Source: Vicugna vicugna
Taxonomy: Eukaryota
NCBI GenBank assembly: GCA_013265495.1
Contig: MU057744.1
Coordinates: 2,369,370 to 2,433,369 of the forward strand
Direction of reading: 5' to 3'
DNA: 64,000 nt
Part shown: in pieces, positions 38,300 to 48,503 of the stretch
Numbering within the stretch: the first letter of the stretch is position 1
How the letters are laid out: the number at the start of each line of letters is the position of its first letter
Notes under the pieces: generated by a model
Told to the model about the DNA's origin: nothing
Database searches by the model: none
What the model saw: the letters and a program-made list of their open reading frames with translations, nothing else
Program-made: the position numbers and the translations under genes

Positions 38300-41170
38300 A
38301 AAATGTCATTAACATTTTGTTAGTATTTTCTAGGAGCTACACAAGTTGAATATAGTTTATTTTAAAGTAAAATGAGAAAGTGCAGCCAGAAAAATCCCCT
38401 AAACAGAGTATTGATGAGTGAGGGGGAAACTGAACATTATCAGAAATAAAAACTTTTTATAAAACTTTTATCATTAAAATTGTATGATATTGGTACCTCT
38501 GTAGAAAGGCTGATGGAACAATTTAGAAAGAACCCAAAAGTATATAAAAGTATAAATAGAAATTTTATACCTGATGAAATGGTAGCTCGAATGGGGAAAT
38601 AAAGCTTATGAAATAAGACAGCAAAATAATATACAAAATAAGAAAATTAATCCCTTTCCCACACTGCAAATGAATCAAACATTTAGATTTAAAAAACATG
38701 CAACTATTGGAGATAAACACGTGTGAATTCCTCTGTAATCTGGTAGGGGGAAGACTTCCTTCTGGCAATGAAACAAAAATCCAGAAGTAAAGAGGGTACA
38801 TATTGATAGATATTTCTGAAGAATTAAAAGGTGACAAGCCTATATTGTAGCTGGATGAAATAAAAGGACACATTGTAGACTGGAAGAAAATACTTGAAAT
38901 TTAAGTCACAGAAAAGAGTCAATGCTCCTCACACGGAGAAATGATGCTGGTTTTTACGCTGTTATTTCAAACTGTAAATGGACTCCTCTGTGCGGTGCCC
39001 TTCAGGCCGGGACTCACAGTCTGCAAACCACATCTCTACCTGTGCCGGGTGTGTCTCCCACAGGCTGCGCCAGCAGAGCACACGCGAGGGAAAGGACGTG
39101 CTCCTCGGTGTTTACCGGCTGTTCCTGCGAGTTTGTCCCCGCGGACAGGCCGGCTGCGGCGAGGCCCCTACCCCGGGCGCTCCCTGGCCAGCCTCGGGCA
39201 CAGCCGCGGGCGCACCAGGAGCTGGGGGCCAGGTCCCATCCACAGCCCCCCCGGGTTCCCCTTCGGAGCTCGAAGCCACCAGCAGAGACCTGCGTATCTG
39301 CTCTGCGTGGCCTCTCCCCCAAGCCTCCCTGGTCACAGAACCCCAGACGTCCCCTTTGCTTCTCCAACTCTAGTCCCTGCGCTTAATCCTTGAATTACGT
39401 CAGTGTAGACTTTTTGCTGCATTAGCTCAGCTTCGGTTTAGCTATCTCCTTATGCCTGTTTTCCTTTGGGGCACCATCTGAGGTCATTTATATTTTCCTG
39501 ACTGTGCCTTCACTGATAGGTTTTCTAAAAATAGAGAAGAGCAAAAACCCAACAGAGCTACAGAGAAGGAGATGAACAAACAAGTCATAGAAAAAGGAAC
39601 ACAAATGAAGCTTAAACAAATACTAAAAAGTGTTCAGCTTCATTTATAGTAAGGCAATTAATATTGCCAATAGCAATTGGTAATATTAATATTAAACAGA
39701 ATTCCTTATTTAGCAGGTTGTTAAAAATCTGAAATTTTAAAAATATATACTATAGAAGAGACTGTGACTGGATCGCATCTTTATGTATTTTTGGTAAGAA
39801 TGCAAAATGTAAAAGCCCCTTTGGAGAGGAGTTCAGCATTTTCTAGCAGCGTTATCAAAGGGTTTACTCTTTGTTCAAGAAACACCACTTCCAGCAATCT
39901 ATTCCAAAATTACTCTGGAACAAATATGAAAAGGTTAGTGAACAAAGAAAGACATTTTCTGCAACACCATTGGTAATACCTCATTTTGAAACAACCCACA
40001 CACCCGTGGGGAAACAGTTGAAGTGATGTGATGCATGTATGTAATATACCGTCACGCAGCTGCCTAAAGGAAAAATAAGAGGTCACTTAACACTGCTGTA
40101 CATCGTTTCCAGGACGTATTGTCCAAAAAACCAAAACAATACAATCAGAAGATGACCTAGTGAACTCTAGTGTAAAATGTAAGATATACATAAATATGTG
40201 TATATAAATTTCTGTTGTCTGAAAAGAACAATGAAGACATCAACCAAAAAATATCCCCAATCCTTACATATAAGAGGAGGGATAAAAAAGAGGTGAGAGG
40301 ATGTTTTTTGATGTAACTAGTTGCATAGGTTTCATTCTAAACCATGCTAAGTTTTACACAGTTAAAAAAAGACTTAATTATATCTAAAAGGAAACAAAGC
40401 AATGGCATATCCCACTGTGGTATTACCACTCACAACTATTTTGATGACGTTAAAATAGAGTATTTTGATTGTAAATACTAAGTAGGCTAACCCAAAGAAA
40501 AAAAATGGCAAATACCTTGAGCTGTATTGAGTAGATGTGTTTTCAGCACTAATATTGATGTCAATATTTAACAACCACCATGCACCATGTTTGTGCACGT
40601 ACTATGGGTGGGTATAGAAAAATTTCAAAAGGTTGCATGACAAGCCACATAGTCTTGTCTGAATAGGAGATGTCAGTATGAAACAATGTATTTTTCTGAC
40701 ACACATCATTTGTTTTACCTATTTCTGTCACTGAAAAACACACGAAGCAATTAACTACGTAGTCACAATGAGCAACAACAGCTCCAAGGCTGTGATCTTT
40801 AAATGACATTTCCCACTAAAAGAAGTGGAGCCTCTCTGGGAAAAAAATGGCTGATTACAAATCTGGATCAGGAAATATAAAACGAGCCAGTCAGAGAGCA
40901 GGAGGCTACCCAGACTACTAAGATAGTGGGATAAGGGGCTTTGACAACCATCAAGAGGCACTGCCAAACAGCCCCGGTTGAAAGCTTGATGGGGAACATC
41001 GTAAACTTTGTAAAGGGCAGAGAAAGCTGGCAACACCTCAACCAATTCATGAACACTGCCATCATTAAAAAGAAGACAGCCAGACATTGCTTCATGGTGA
41101 GGAGTAACAGAGTACGTGGTTGCATCACTTCTGCAGTGTTTTCTGGAAACACTTAAATCTGATTCTAACC
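38300..41170 (+). mobile_element. Ancient L1 (L1MC4/L1ME-like) ORF2-3'UTR, interrupted by an LTR at ~38960-39520
   Basis: Degenerate ORF2-like A-rich tracts (gactggaagaaaatacttgaaat; gtaagaatgcaaaatgtaaaagcccctttggagag) and 3'UTR motifs (catttcccactaaaagaag...aaaatggctgatt). Confidence 0.6.
38960..39520 (+). mobile_element. LTR33-like ERV-L solo LTR, CpG-enriched
   Basis: ctgcaaaccacatctc...ggctgcgccagcagagcac near the 5' end and tattttcctgactgtgccttcactgata at the 3' end resemble the LTR33 family. Confidence 0.5.
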
Positions 41171-41694
41171 AAGATTAGATCGAAAAGCCATGTTATAAGA
41201 AAAGCTGCATAGTATGAACGTAATAAGTCAAGTTCAAAATATGGGAATATTATTGAGATATTTCTACTATGATTATGCATAAAGAATCAATCATGAATAT
41301 ACATGTATACATGTATGCATCATATATTCACATATATAAACAGCATATACTATTTATAAAATATATGGTTTTTATACCTAATGATAAAATTCTTCATAGA
41401 AATAATAAATACCAACTTACTATGTCATTACTTCTGGGAAGAAAAAAGGATAAATCTTATCAGGGAGGATTAATCACAGAACTTTACTTATGTATTCATT
41501 TTTTTATGAGAAAAATGGTATCTGAATATTACCTATCCCTAGTTTTAGGATTCAGCAGAGATAAGTACTCTGTGTGTTACTCTCTAAACTTGTGGTATAT
41601 TTAAAACCTAGGGATGCAAATGACTTTGGATCAATATGCCATAAACTATGTAAATTAGCTAATATGAGATTTCTAATTTTGTAACTTTAGAATA

Positions 41695-41926
41695 TTGCCA
41701 ACTCCACAGGGCTTCTTCTCCAAGCTCCTAGGTTCTGCTAATACCAACTCTTCCCTTGGTTCTCACAGATTTAGGAATAATAGCTGCTTCTTATACTTAT
41801 TATTTCTGTTTTTCTTTGCTGCTTTTTTAGTTCTCCAGTACAACAAATTATCTGTATTAACTCCTATCTGTTGCCTGAAACACTTGTGTGGTTTCAGTTT
41901 TCCTAACCGGGTCCAATGTTGATAAC
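41695..41926 (+). mobile_element. LTR33-like ERV-L LTR 3' fragment
   Basis: aaattatctgtattaactcctatctgttgcctgaaacacttgtgtggtttcagttttcctaaccgggtccaatgttgata. Confidence 0.55.
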
Positions 41927-42114
41927 AAAAAGACTCTATAATCTCTAATCAAAAGATTGTTACACAGGTTACAATGATATAATAAATATAAAATATTCAG
42001 AAACGTCCCTGTCACAGAGTAAACTATATAAACATATTTGATTTTTTATCAAAGTCTGGTTTGATCTATCTCTCCAAATATTTCAATTAAAATAGAAAGA
42101 CTACAAGTAAATAG

Positions 42115-42656
42115 CACTGGGGAGAAAATCTGCTACCCCAAAATATGCCTCTTTGTCATGGGGGTTAATTTAGGATGATTACTTTTAAGTCCCAAAGGCT
42201 TAGGCGGAAACTTTGACCTCCTCCCTAACGTCCTAAAGAGTGTAGGTGGAGGACCTTTTCCAGGAGGGAGCATCACCACAGATAATTATTATAATATGAA
42301 GAGGTGCACAGAGTGGAACCTAGCAAAGTGTCTGTTAAAATTTCTCTCTGTGTCGCACTGTCTTTGCTGACCCTGCAAACATTTGTTTACCAAACGTTTG
42401 CTTTTCTATCTCCATGTGAATTGCCTCCCTCCCCTTTGAGGTCCCAAACTACTACCCACAACATCCTCTTTTGTCGTTAGCCAAAGATGGTATTTAAGGT
42501 GAGGGTTTTGGCCATTTTGGTGAGTCAATCTGTTTTCCATGTATACCTCTTATTAAAGTTTGATTTTTCTCCTGTTAACCTGTCTCATGTCAATTTAATT
42601 CTTAGACCAGGCAGAAGAACCTAGAAGGCTGGAGGAAAATATCTTCTTTCCCAGCA
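42115..42656 (+). mobile_element. MER34-like ERV1 solo LTR
   Basis: ctaccccaaaatatgcctctttg at the 5' end. TATA-like gtatttaag, ATTAAA and ttttctcctgttaacctgtctcatgtcaattt...agaacctagaagg...cccagca at the 3' end. Possible TSD atag/atgg. Confidence 0.8.
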
Positions 42657-42728
42657 ATGGAAATTTCCAGAAGTTATTATTTAAACTGTTAACATTGAAT
42701 TGCATCTTCTTTTTGATTCAGATATTAC

Positions 42729-43964
42729 TGTTACTGAACAAAAGCTTATGTGCCTGATGCACAATGAGACCAAACAAACTGAAACTTCAGAGCTCAGAGC
42801 AGAGGAAGGTTTATTGCAGGACCACGCAAGGAGAAGGGGTGGCTCATGCTCGAAAAACCCCAACTCCTTGACAGTTTTTGGGGAAGAGTTTCTTTCTTTC
42901 TTTCTTTTTTTTTTAATATTTTGAAACAAAATTACAATGTTTAATATGATATACTACTGAGAATTCAAATTTACATAAGTAGTATTAAATTCATACTTTA
43001 GATATTCATTGCCACAATATTTTAAGTATGAAATACATTTCAAAAAGCCTTTTTAAAAGATGTTTGCTGTCCAATGCTGTGACTCCCAAGATCTTTACAA
43101 TCCTTAGTTTTCAGTAGATTTTGTTTATTTATTTATTTATTTATTTTGCAAAGCTAACCATTTATTCAACAGCTACTTCTTGGGCACCTAATACATGTCA
43201 GTCACCTGTATCCACACAGATGCTAGAAAAGTAGTGAAAATTTGTAAAGGAATTATCAAGAATTCTTAGATATTTCTACATTTAAATAGTGTCGTATGCA
43301 AGTATGGCTTTTTTTTTACTGAGTTATAGTCAGTTTACAATGTTGTGTCAATTTCTGCTGAACAGCACAGTTTTCCAGTCATACATGAACATATATTCGC
43401 CCTCACACTCTTCTTCACAGGGGAAGAGTGTTTATAGGCAAACCTGGGGTAGGGACTGCAGCGTGAGTGACCTCCCTCTGGCTGGCTGGAGGGGCGGTAC
43501 CAGGGCACTGCTCCAGAAGTCTGTGCTCAGCTGGACATTACCGTCCTCCACCTGGGCGAGGTTCTCCATTCCTGCAGAGGAAGATACTGTTCTGCTTATC
43601 CCTCGAGGAGGAATCAGGACCCTGCCCCCAGGCTGTGTCCCTGTTTCTTAACTCTTCCTCCCTTGCCTCTGCCTCCTCTCCCTTCTCTGATAAGCAACTG
43701 TTTGAATCTGCCCTTTGGAACTCAGGGAAGGTCGAGGAGGCTGAAGGAAGCCTGTTTCCTACAAGCAAGAGATGGAGGACTCAGAAAGCATTTGTACCAG
43801 GGAGGACCCCACAGGGTCCTGCTCCGTTTTAATCCCCCCTTTTCTTTGATGTGCTTCAATTTTGAGGAGAGCAGGTGTCAGACAAGAAAGGGAATAATGC
43901 TTTGAATAGAGAGGTTAATCATAAACTCGGCAGAGGAACTCAGTGTTAGGCGGACTTCGTTTCA
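42729..43964 (-). mobile_element. MER41-like cetartiodactyl ERV1 LTR, split by an L1 insertion
   Basis: tgttactgaacaaaagc...aaggtttattgcagg (minus-strand AATAAA), then after the insert tttataggcaaa...aactgtttgaatctgccctttggaactcagggaagg...tttca. The halves join across the TSD ggggaagagt. Confidence 0.8.
42880..43429 (-). mobile_element. 5'-truncated L1 with 3'-transduced genomic DNA
   Basis: TSD ggggaagagt at 42880-42889 and 43420-43429. L1 3' end 43318-43419, L1 poly(A) 43309-43317, ~390 bp non-L1 DNA, ATTAAA at 42940-42945 and terminal A-rich tail 42890-42914. Confidence 0.85.
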
Positions 43965-45299
43965 GTTCCTATTGTTCACACTAAATATTATGTGGAATTC
44001 TAGTATGTAAAGCAATTATAATGGAGCTGATCTGAATTTAATCAGCATGTAAGCCGAAAGCCTCAACAACCTCTTCCTTTTAGTTCCCCCATGGTCTTGG
44101 GCTACCTTCCTAGCAACCGGAAGGATGCAGTCTGAACGCCGTGCTGTTTGGGTTCATGATTCTACTTAGTAAGCAACATTCTGGCACAGAGCTGTCAAGC
44201 ACATCATTAATTAAACACACATATAGATTGAATATAATATCCAAGAAGGTCTACATCCCTGTTGGAAAGCACTATGAGGAAATTCTGTTGAAGATGATCT
44301 GTAACTATAGTAAGATTGGTTCTATATTGGCTTTCAAAAACAGTGGAAAGAATAATAATAATAAAAACAAGCTCTTGTCTATTACACTCACTCATTAACC
44401 CTCCAGACACATAAAGAGACAGTTCCTCTCCTGTCCTCAGACTGAACACACACAGTCTGTCAAGTATTTATTTGTTACGGTAGAACTTAAACTGAACACA
44501 TGTATCTTTAAAAAATGGAATTAGATATATTAATGACATATTATAATCTGTTCAGAGTAGAGTAACACTTAATTTCCAGAAATTATCATGATACTAGAAT
44601 TCTAGAACTTTCTAAATAAACTCCAAGACATCAAAGGTTTTAGGAAGGTTAAGAATAAATCACTGTGATCAGTGATTAAAAAAAAAAACTGTAATCAATA
44701 TTGTATTTGATTTCTTATGTCTAATTAATATTTCTGAAAATGCTGAACTACTCAAAAATAATAACATTAAAAATGATGTTTTGTGAATAATTTGACTATA
44801 GCAATCAAATATCTCAAAGGGCTTTGTAAATTCACCTCTGACTCGATGATCAATATTTCTGAAATTGTGCTGACAGGACAAAGAAATTTATATTCAAAAG
44901 TACACACTCAATCAATAGCCTAAGTCACATAAAGCAGGGAAAGCTATTCTCCTTAGTGACATAATCATCAAACATAATTTATTGAAGGCTCGTCTATGTT
45001 TGATGCTGATGAAGTAGAAAGACAGGTGTGCTATTTCAAATGCATGAGACCACAAATTGAGGTTCAAAGCATTGATTCCAAAATAAAAACACAATGCAGT
45101 GCATATGGGACAAGAACTAATAAACACGTTTGGGAATAAAATGTTGCCACAAAATTATAGACACAGTTGAATTAAAATAATGAAAAATAGGAAATCAGTT
45201 TTGCCAAGTAAATCTCAAAAATTAGGTGAAACCAACCAATTTCTAAGGGAAAAAAAAACCTAACAGACTTAATATGGAGTGCACTTAAAAATTAGGTGA

Positions 45300-45915
45300 G
45301 CCATCCTGGGCATATATCCAGAAGAGACGAAAACTCTAATTTGAAAAGATACATGCACCTCAATATTCATAGCAGCACTATTTACAATAGCCAAGATATG
45401 GAAGCAACCTAAATGTCTATCAATAGGTGAACTGGTAAAGAAGTTGTGGTGCATTATACAATGGAACACACTCAGCCACATATAAGAATGAAGTATTGCC
45501 ATTTGCAGCAATATGGATGGAATTTTGGAGATCATCATTCTAGGTCAAGTAACTCAGACAGAGAAAGACAAATACCATATGATATCACTTATATGTGGAA
45601 TCTAAAAAAGTAATACAAATGAATCTATATGCAAAACAGAAACATACTCACAGACAGAGAAAACCAACTTACGTTTACCAGATGGGAAAGGGAGGTGGGG
45701 AGGGGTAGATTAGGAGTACGGGATCAACAGATACAAACTACTCTACACAAAATAGATCAGCAACAAGGATTTACTGTACAGCACAGGGAGCTATATTCAT
45801 TATCTTGTAATAATCTATAACGGGAAATAATCTGAAAAACAAGTTTTGCTGTACACCTGAAGCTTACACAGTATTTTAACTCAACTATACTTCAGTTAAA
45901 AAAAAAAAGAAAAAT
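45300..45915 (+). mobile_element. 5'-truncated L1 (ORF2 C-terminus + 3'UTR + poly-A)
   Basis: cctgggcatatatccagaagagacgaaaactctaatttgaaaagatacatgcacc...caactatacttcagtt plus A-tail. Confidence 0.9.
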
Positions 45916-47308
45916 GTGTTGATCGAAGTTAACTGAGCATCCTGATGCAGTCGCTATGTGCTGACTGGGATAGTTTACTGAGTGACCTGTTAATGATTCG
46001 GTGCGGCTGCACAGAAAATGGAAACAAGTCACACAGCTGCGTGCAGCTCGGTATAGTTACGAATGAAAGCCGAAGAAACTGCAGATCCGATGTATTTCCT
46101 GAGCTGAGACGGCTGACGCCCACTCAGGGCCGCTCTGTTGACGGCGTGGGCCCCAAGGGATGTAACTGGGGCACCGGAAGCTGCACGTGAGACTCAAGAA
46201 CGGGCTGCTATGCCATCACCACACACCTGTGCTGCCTCCCCCTCCCTCCTCTGAAAGCTGCACAAAGGGGTGCTGAGTGGTGTCTTAGTGCCCCGTGGAT
46301 TTGAGAACAAATCTCAACCCAACTTTCACTGATCATTCGAACTGTGTGAGAATGGATGAAGGAAATTTCCTAGGTTTAGTAGAGGTCATCCACAAAAAAT
46401 AAAGTAAATGGCACATTTAATACTGAAAAATGAAAAGTTTCACGTCTGAGTTCAGTATTCAGATGAGAAGAGACACTGCCATTTCCAGTCAGTACTTTAC
46501 TTTAGCTAATCACCAGTGCAATGAAAAGATTAAAAAAAATAGAATGAAAAGGAAGATTTAATACTGTCATTTCCACAGATAATGAAATTATATATGTAGA
46601 AGTGTAAAAAGCCTCTACACATAAAACATTAAATGTAATGAATGGATTTAGCAAGTTTACTGAAACGAAGATCTATACCCCAAAATAAATATATTTCTAT
46701 TCTCCACTAGAAAACCGTTAGAAAAGGAATGTTAAAAAATCACTTACAGAGGCATCAAATATGAACTATGTTGGGAAAAACATAACAAAAACATAAAATT
46801 TTTAAAAAGTGAGAAAATTAATACAATTCCAAATAACGCAGTGTATCATGTACCTAAATTGAATGTTTCAATATTGTAGAAGTACCAATACTCCTCAAAT
46901 TGACTAATGGATTCAGTATGATCCCAATTGAAATTCTAGCAGGATTTGTAAAAATTTATAAACTAATTATGAATTTTTGCTATGAAAATTAAAAGGACCA
47001 ATTCAACCTAAAGAAACTTGAAGAAAAATTTAGAAGTTGAGGAACTATTTTACCAGATGTTTTAATTTGTTATAATGACATCAGTTAGTACAGTGTGATA
47101 TTGGCACAAATATAGACAAAGTGTGGAACTTAATAGAGAATTCAAAAACACAGCTGCACATATATAGAGACTAGATTTTATTTTTGACAGCATGACAGTG
47201 CAAAGCAGTACGGAAATGATAGTCCTTTCACTAAATTTTGCTAGGTCAATTGGACAACTATATGGAAAAAATAAAATTTAGTTTCAGGATAATACCATCT
47301 TTCAGATT

Positions 47309-47535
47309 CAGGACTGGCAAACTTTTTTATAGGCAAGATAGCAAATATTGTATGCTTTGGGGCCAAGTTACATCTGGATATTATATAGGTTCTTATTCAG
47401 CTATTTAAAATATAACTATTTAAAAATGTAAAAACTATTTTTAGCTTAGTGGACACACACACATGGACACACACACATACACACACAAAGTGAGGCAGCT
47501 GGCCAGACCTGGCCCTTCAGTTAAGTTTGGTGACA
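47309..47535 (+). mobile_element. MER58-like hAT MITE
   Basis: caggactggcaaactttttt...agatagcaaatattgtatgctttggggcc...aaaaatgtaaaaactatttttagctt...ggccagacctggccc...agtttggtgac. Confidence 0.7.
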
Positions 47536-48022
47536 GATCAATAAGAAAGAACAGACTTCTCAGTATAAACATCGACAAAGACGCTGAAGAGCTGCTTTAT
47601 AAAAGATGATCTTTTTTTTCTCAGTCTCATGAGTAATCAGACAAATGAAAATTATTCCAATAGATTCTATTACTTCCAGAGTAGGTACACATTAAAATTA
47701 CTTACAATGTCGCATGGTGTGGTGGAGCAGTTGTAAATTTTTCACATGAGTAGAAGTGCAAATTAACACTCACATTTTGGGGAAATGTTTTACTTTGCTT
47801 TTTCATTCAGTTATGTGCAGACTAGAAAGAACACTTTACAATTTTCTCTTAGGCATGGATCCAATGGATATGCATACATATTTGATCCAATACACATGGG
47901 CAAGGATGTATATAGCAACATTATTTGAATAATTTAAGTGGATGATGAGACACTACAGAGCCATGAAAATGAGCAAACTACTGCTGAACACAAAGATGAA
48001 TCTGACATGCATCATGCTGAGC

Positions 48023-48503
48023 AAAAGAAATCACCACATCTTCCTTTATCCACTGGATACTTTTGTCCAGTGGATTAAGGAAGCTGTGGTATATTTATAC
48101 AATAGAATACTACTCAGTCATAAAAAATAATAAACTAATGCCATTTGCAGCAACATGGATGGACCTAGAGATTGTCATTCTACGTGAAGTAAGCCAGAAA
48201 GAGAAAGAAAAATGCCGTATCATCTCACTCATATGTAGAATCTAAAAAAACAAAAAGACACAAATGAACTACTTATTATTCATAACTTAGATGGCTGATC
48301 TCTTGAATATGTGTAAGCAGATCTGACTGTCCATAATGATTGGATCACTGCATTCTGTTGATTCTTATTTTGTGCTTGGCTTTATTCCTTTGATAACTAT
48401 TTAGGTTTAAAAAGCTAAAGCTCTAAACCGTTCTTAGAAACAAGGAATAGTACATATATGTAAATTAAAAATTAAATAGTTCATCTTATAAAAAAAGAAA
48501 TCA
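48023..48503 (+). mobile_element. Chimeric young L1 insertion (5' fold-back + L1 fragment + non-L1 3' segment)
   Basis: TSD aaaagaaatca at 48023-48033 and 48493-48503. L1 ORF2 end (KLWYIYTIEYYSVIKNNKLMPFAATWMDLEIVILREVSQKEK) spans ~48066-48277, followed by unique DNA, ATTAAA at 48471-48476 and a short A-tail. Confidence 0.8.

Noticed and set aside
38922..39393. Overlapping 117-154 aa ORFs
   Set aside because: Open in several frames on both strands because of high GC within an LTR-like repeat.
45217..45298. Direct repeat aaaaattaggtga x2 as a TSD
   Set aside because: It encloses only ~55 bp with no element features, and does not convincingly match the far end of the adjacent L1.
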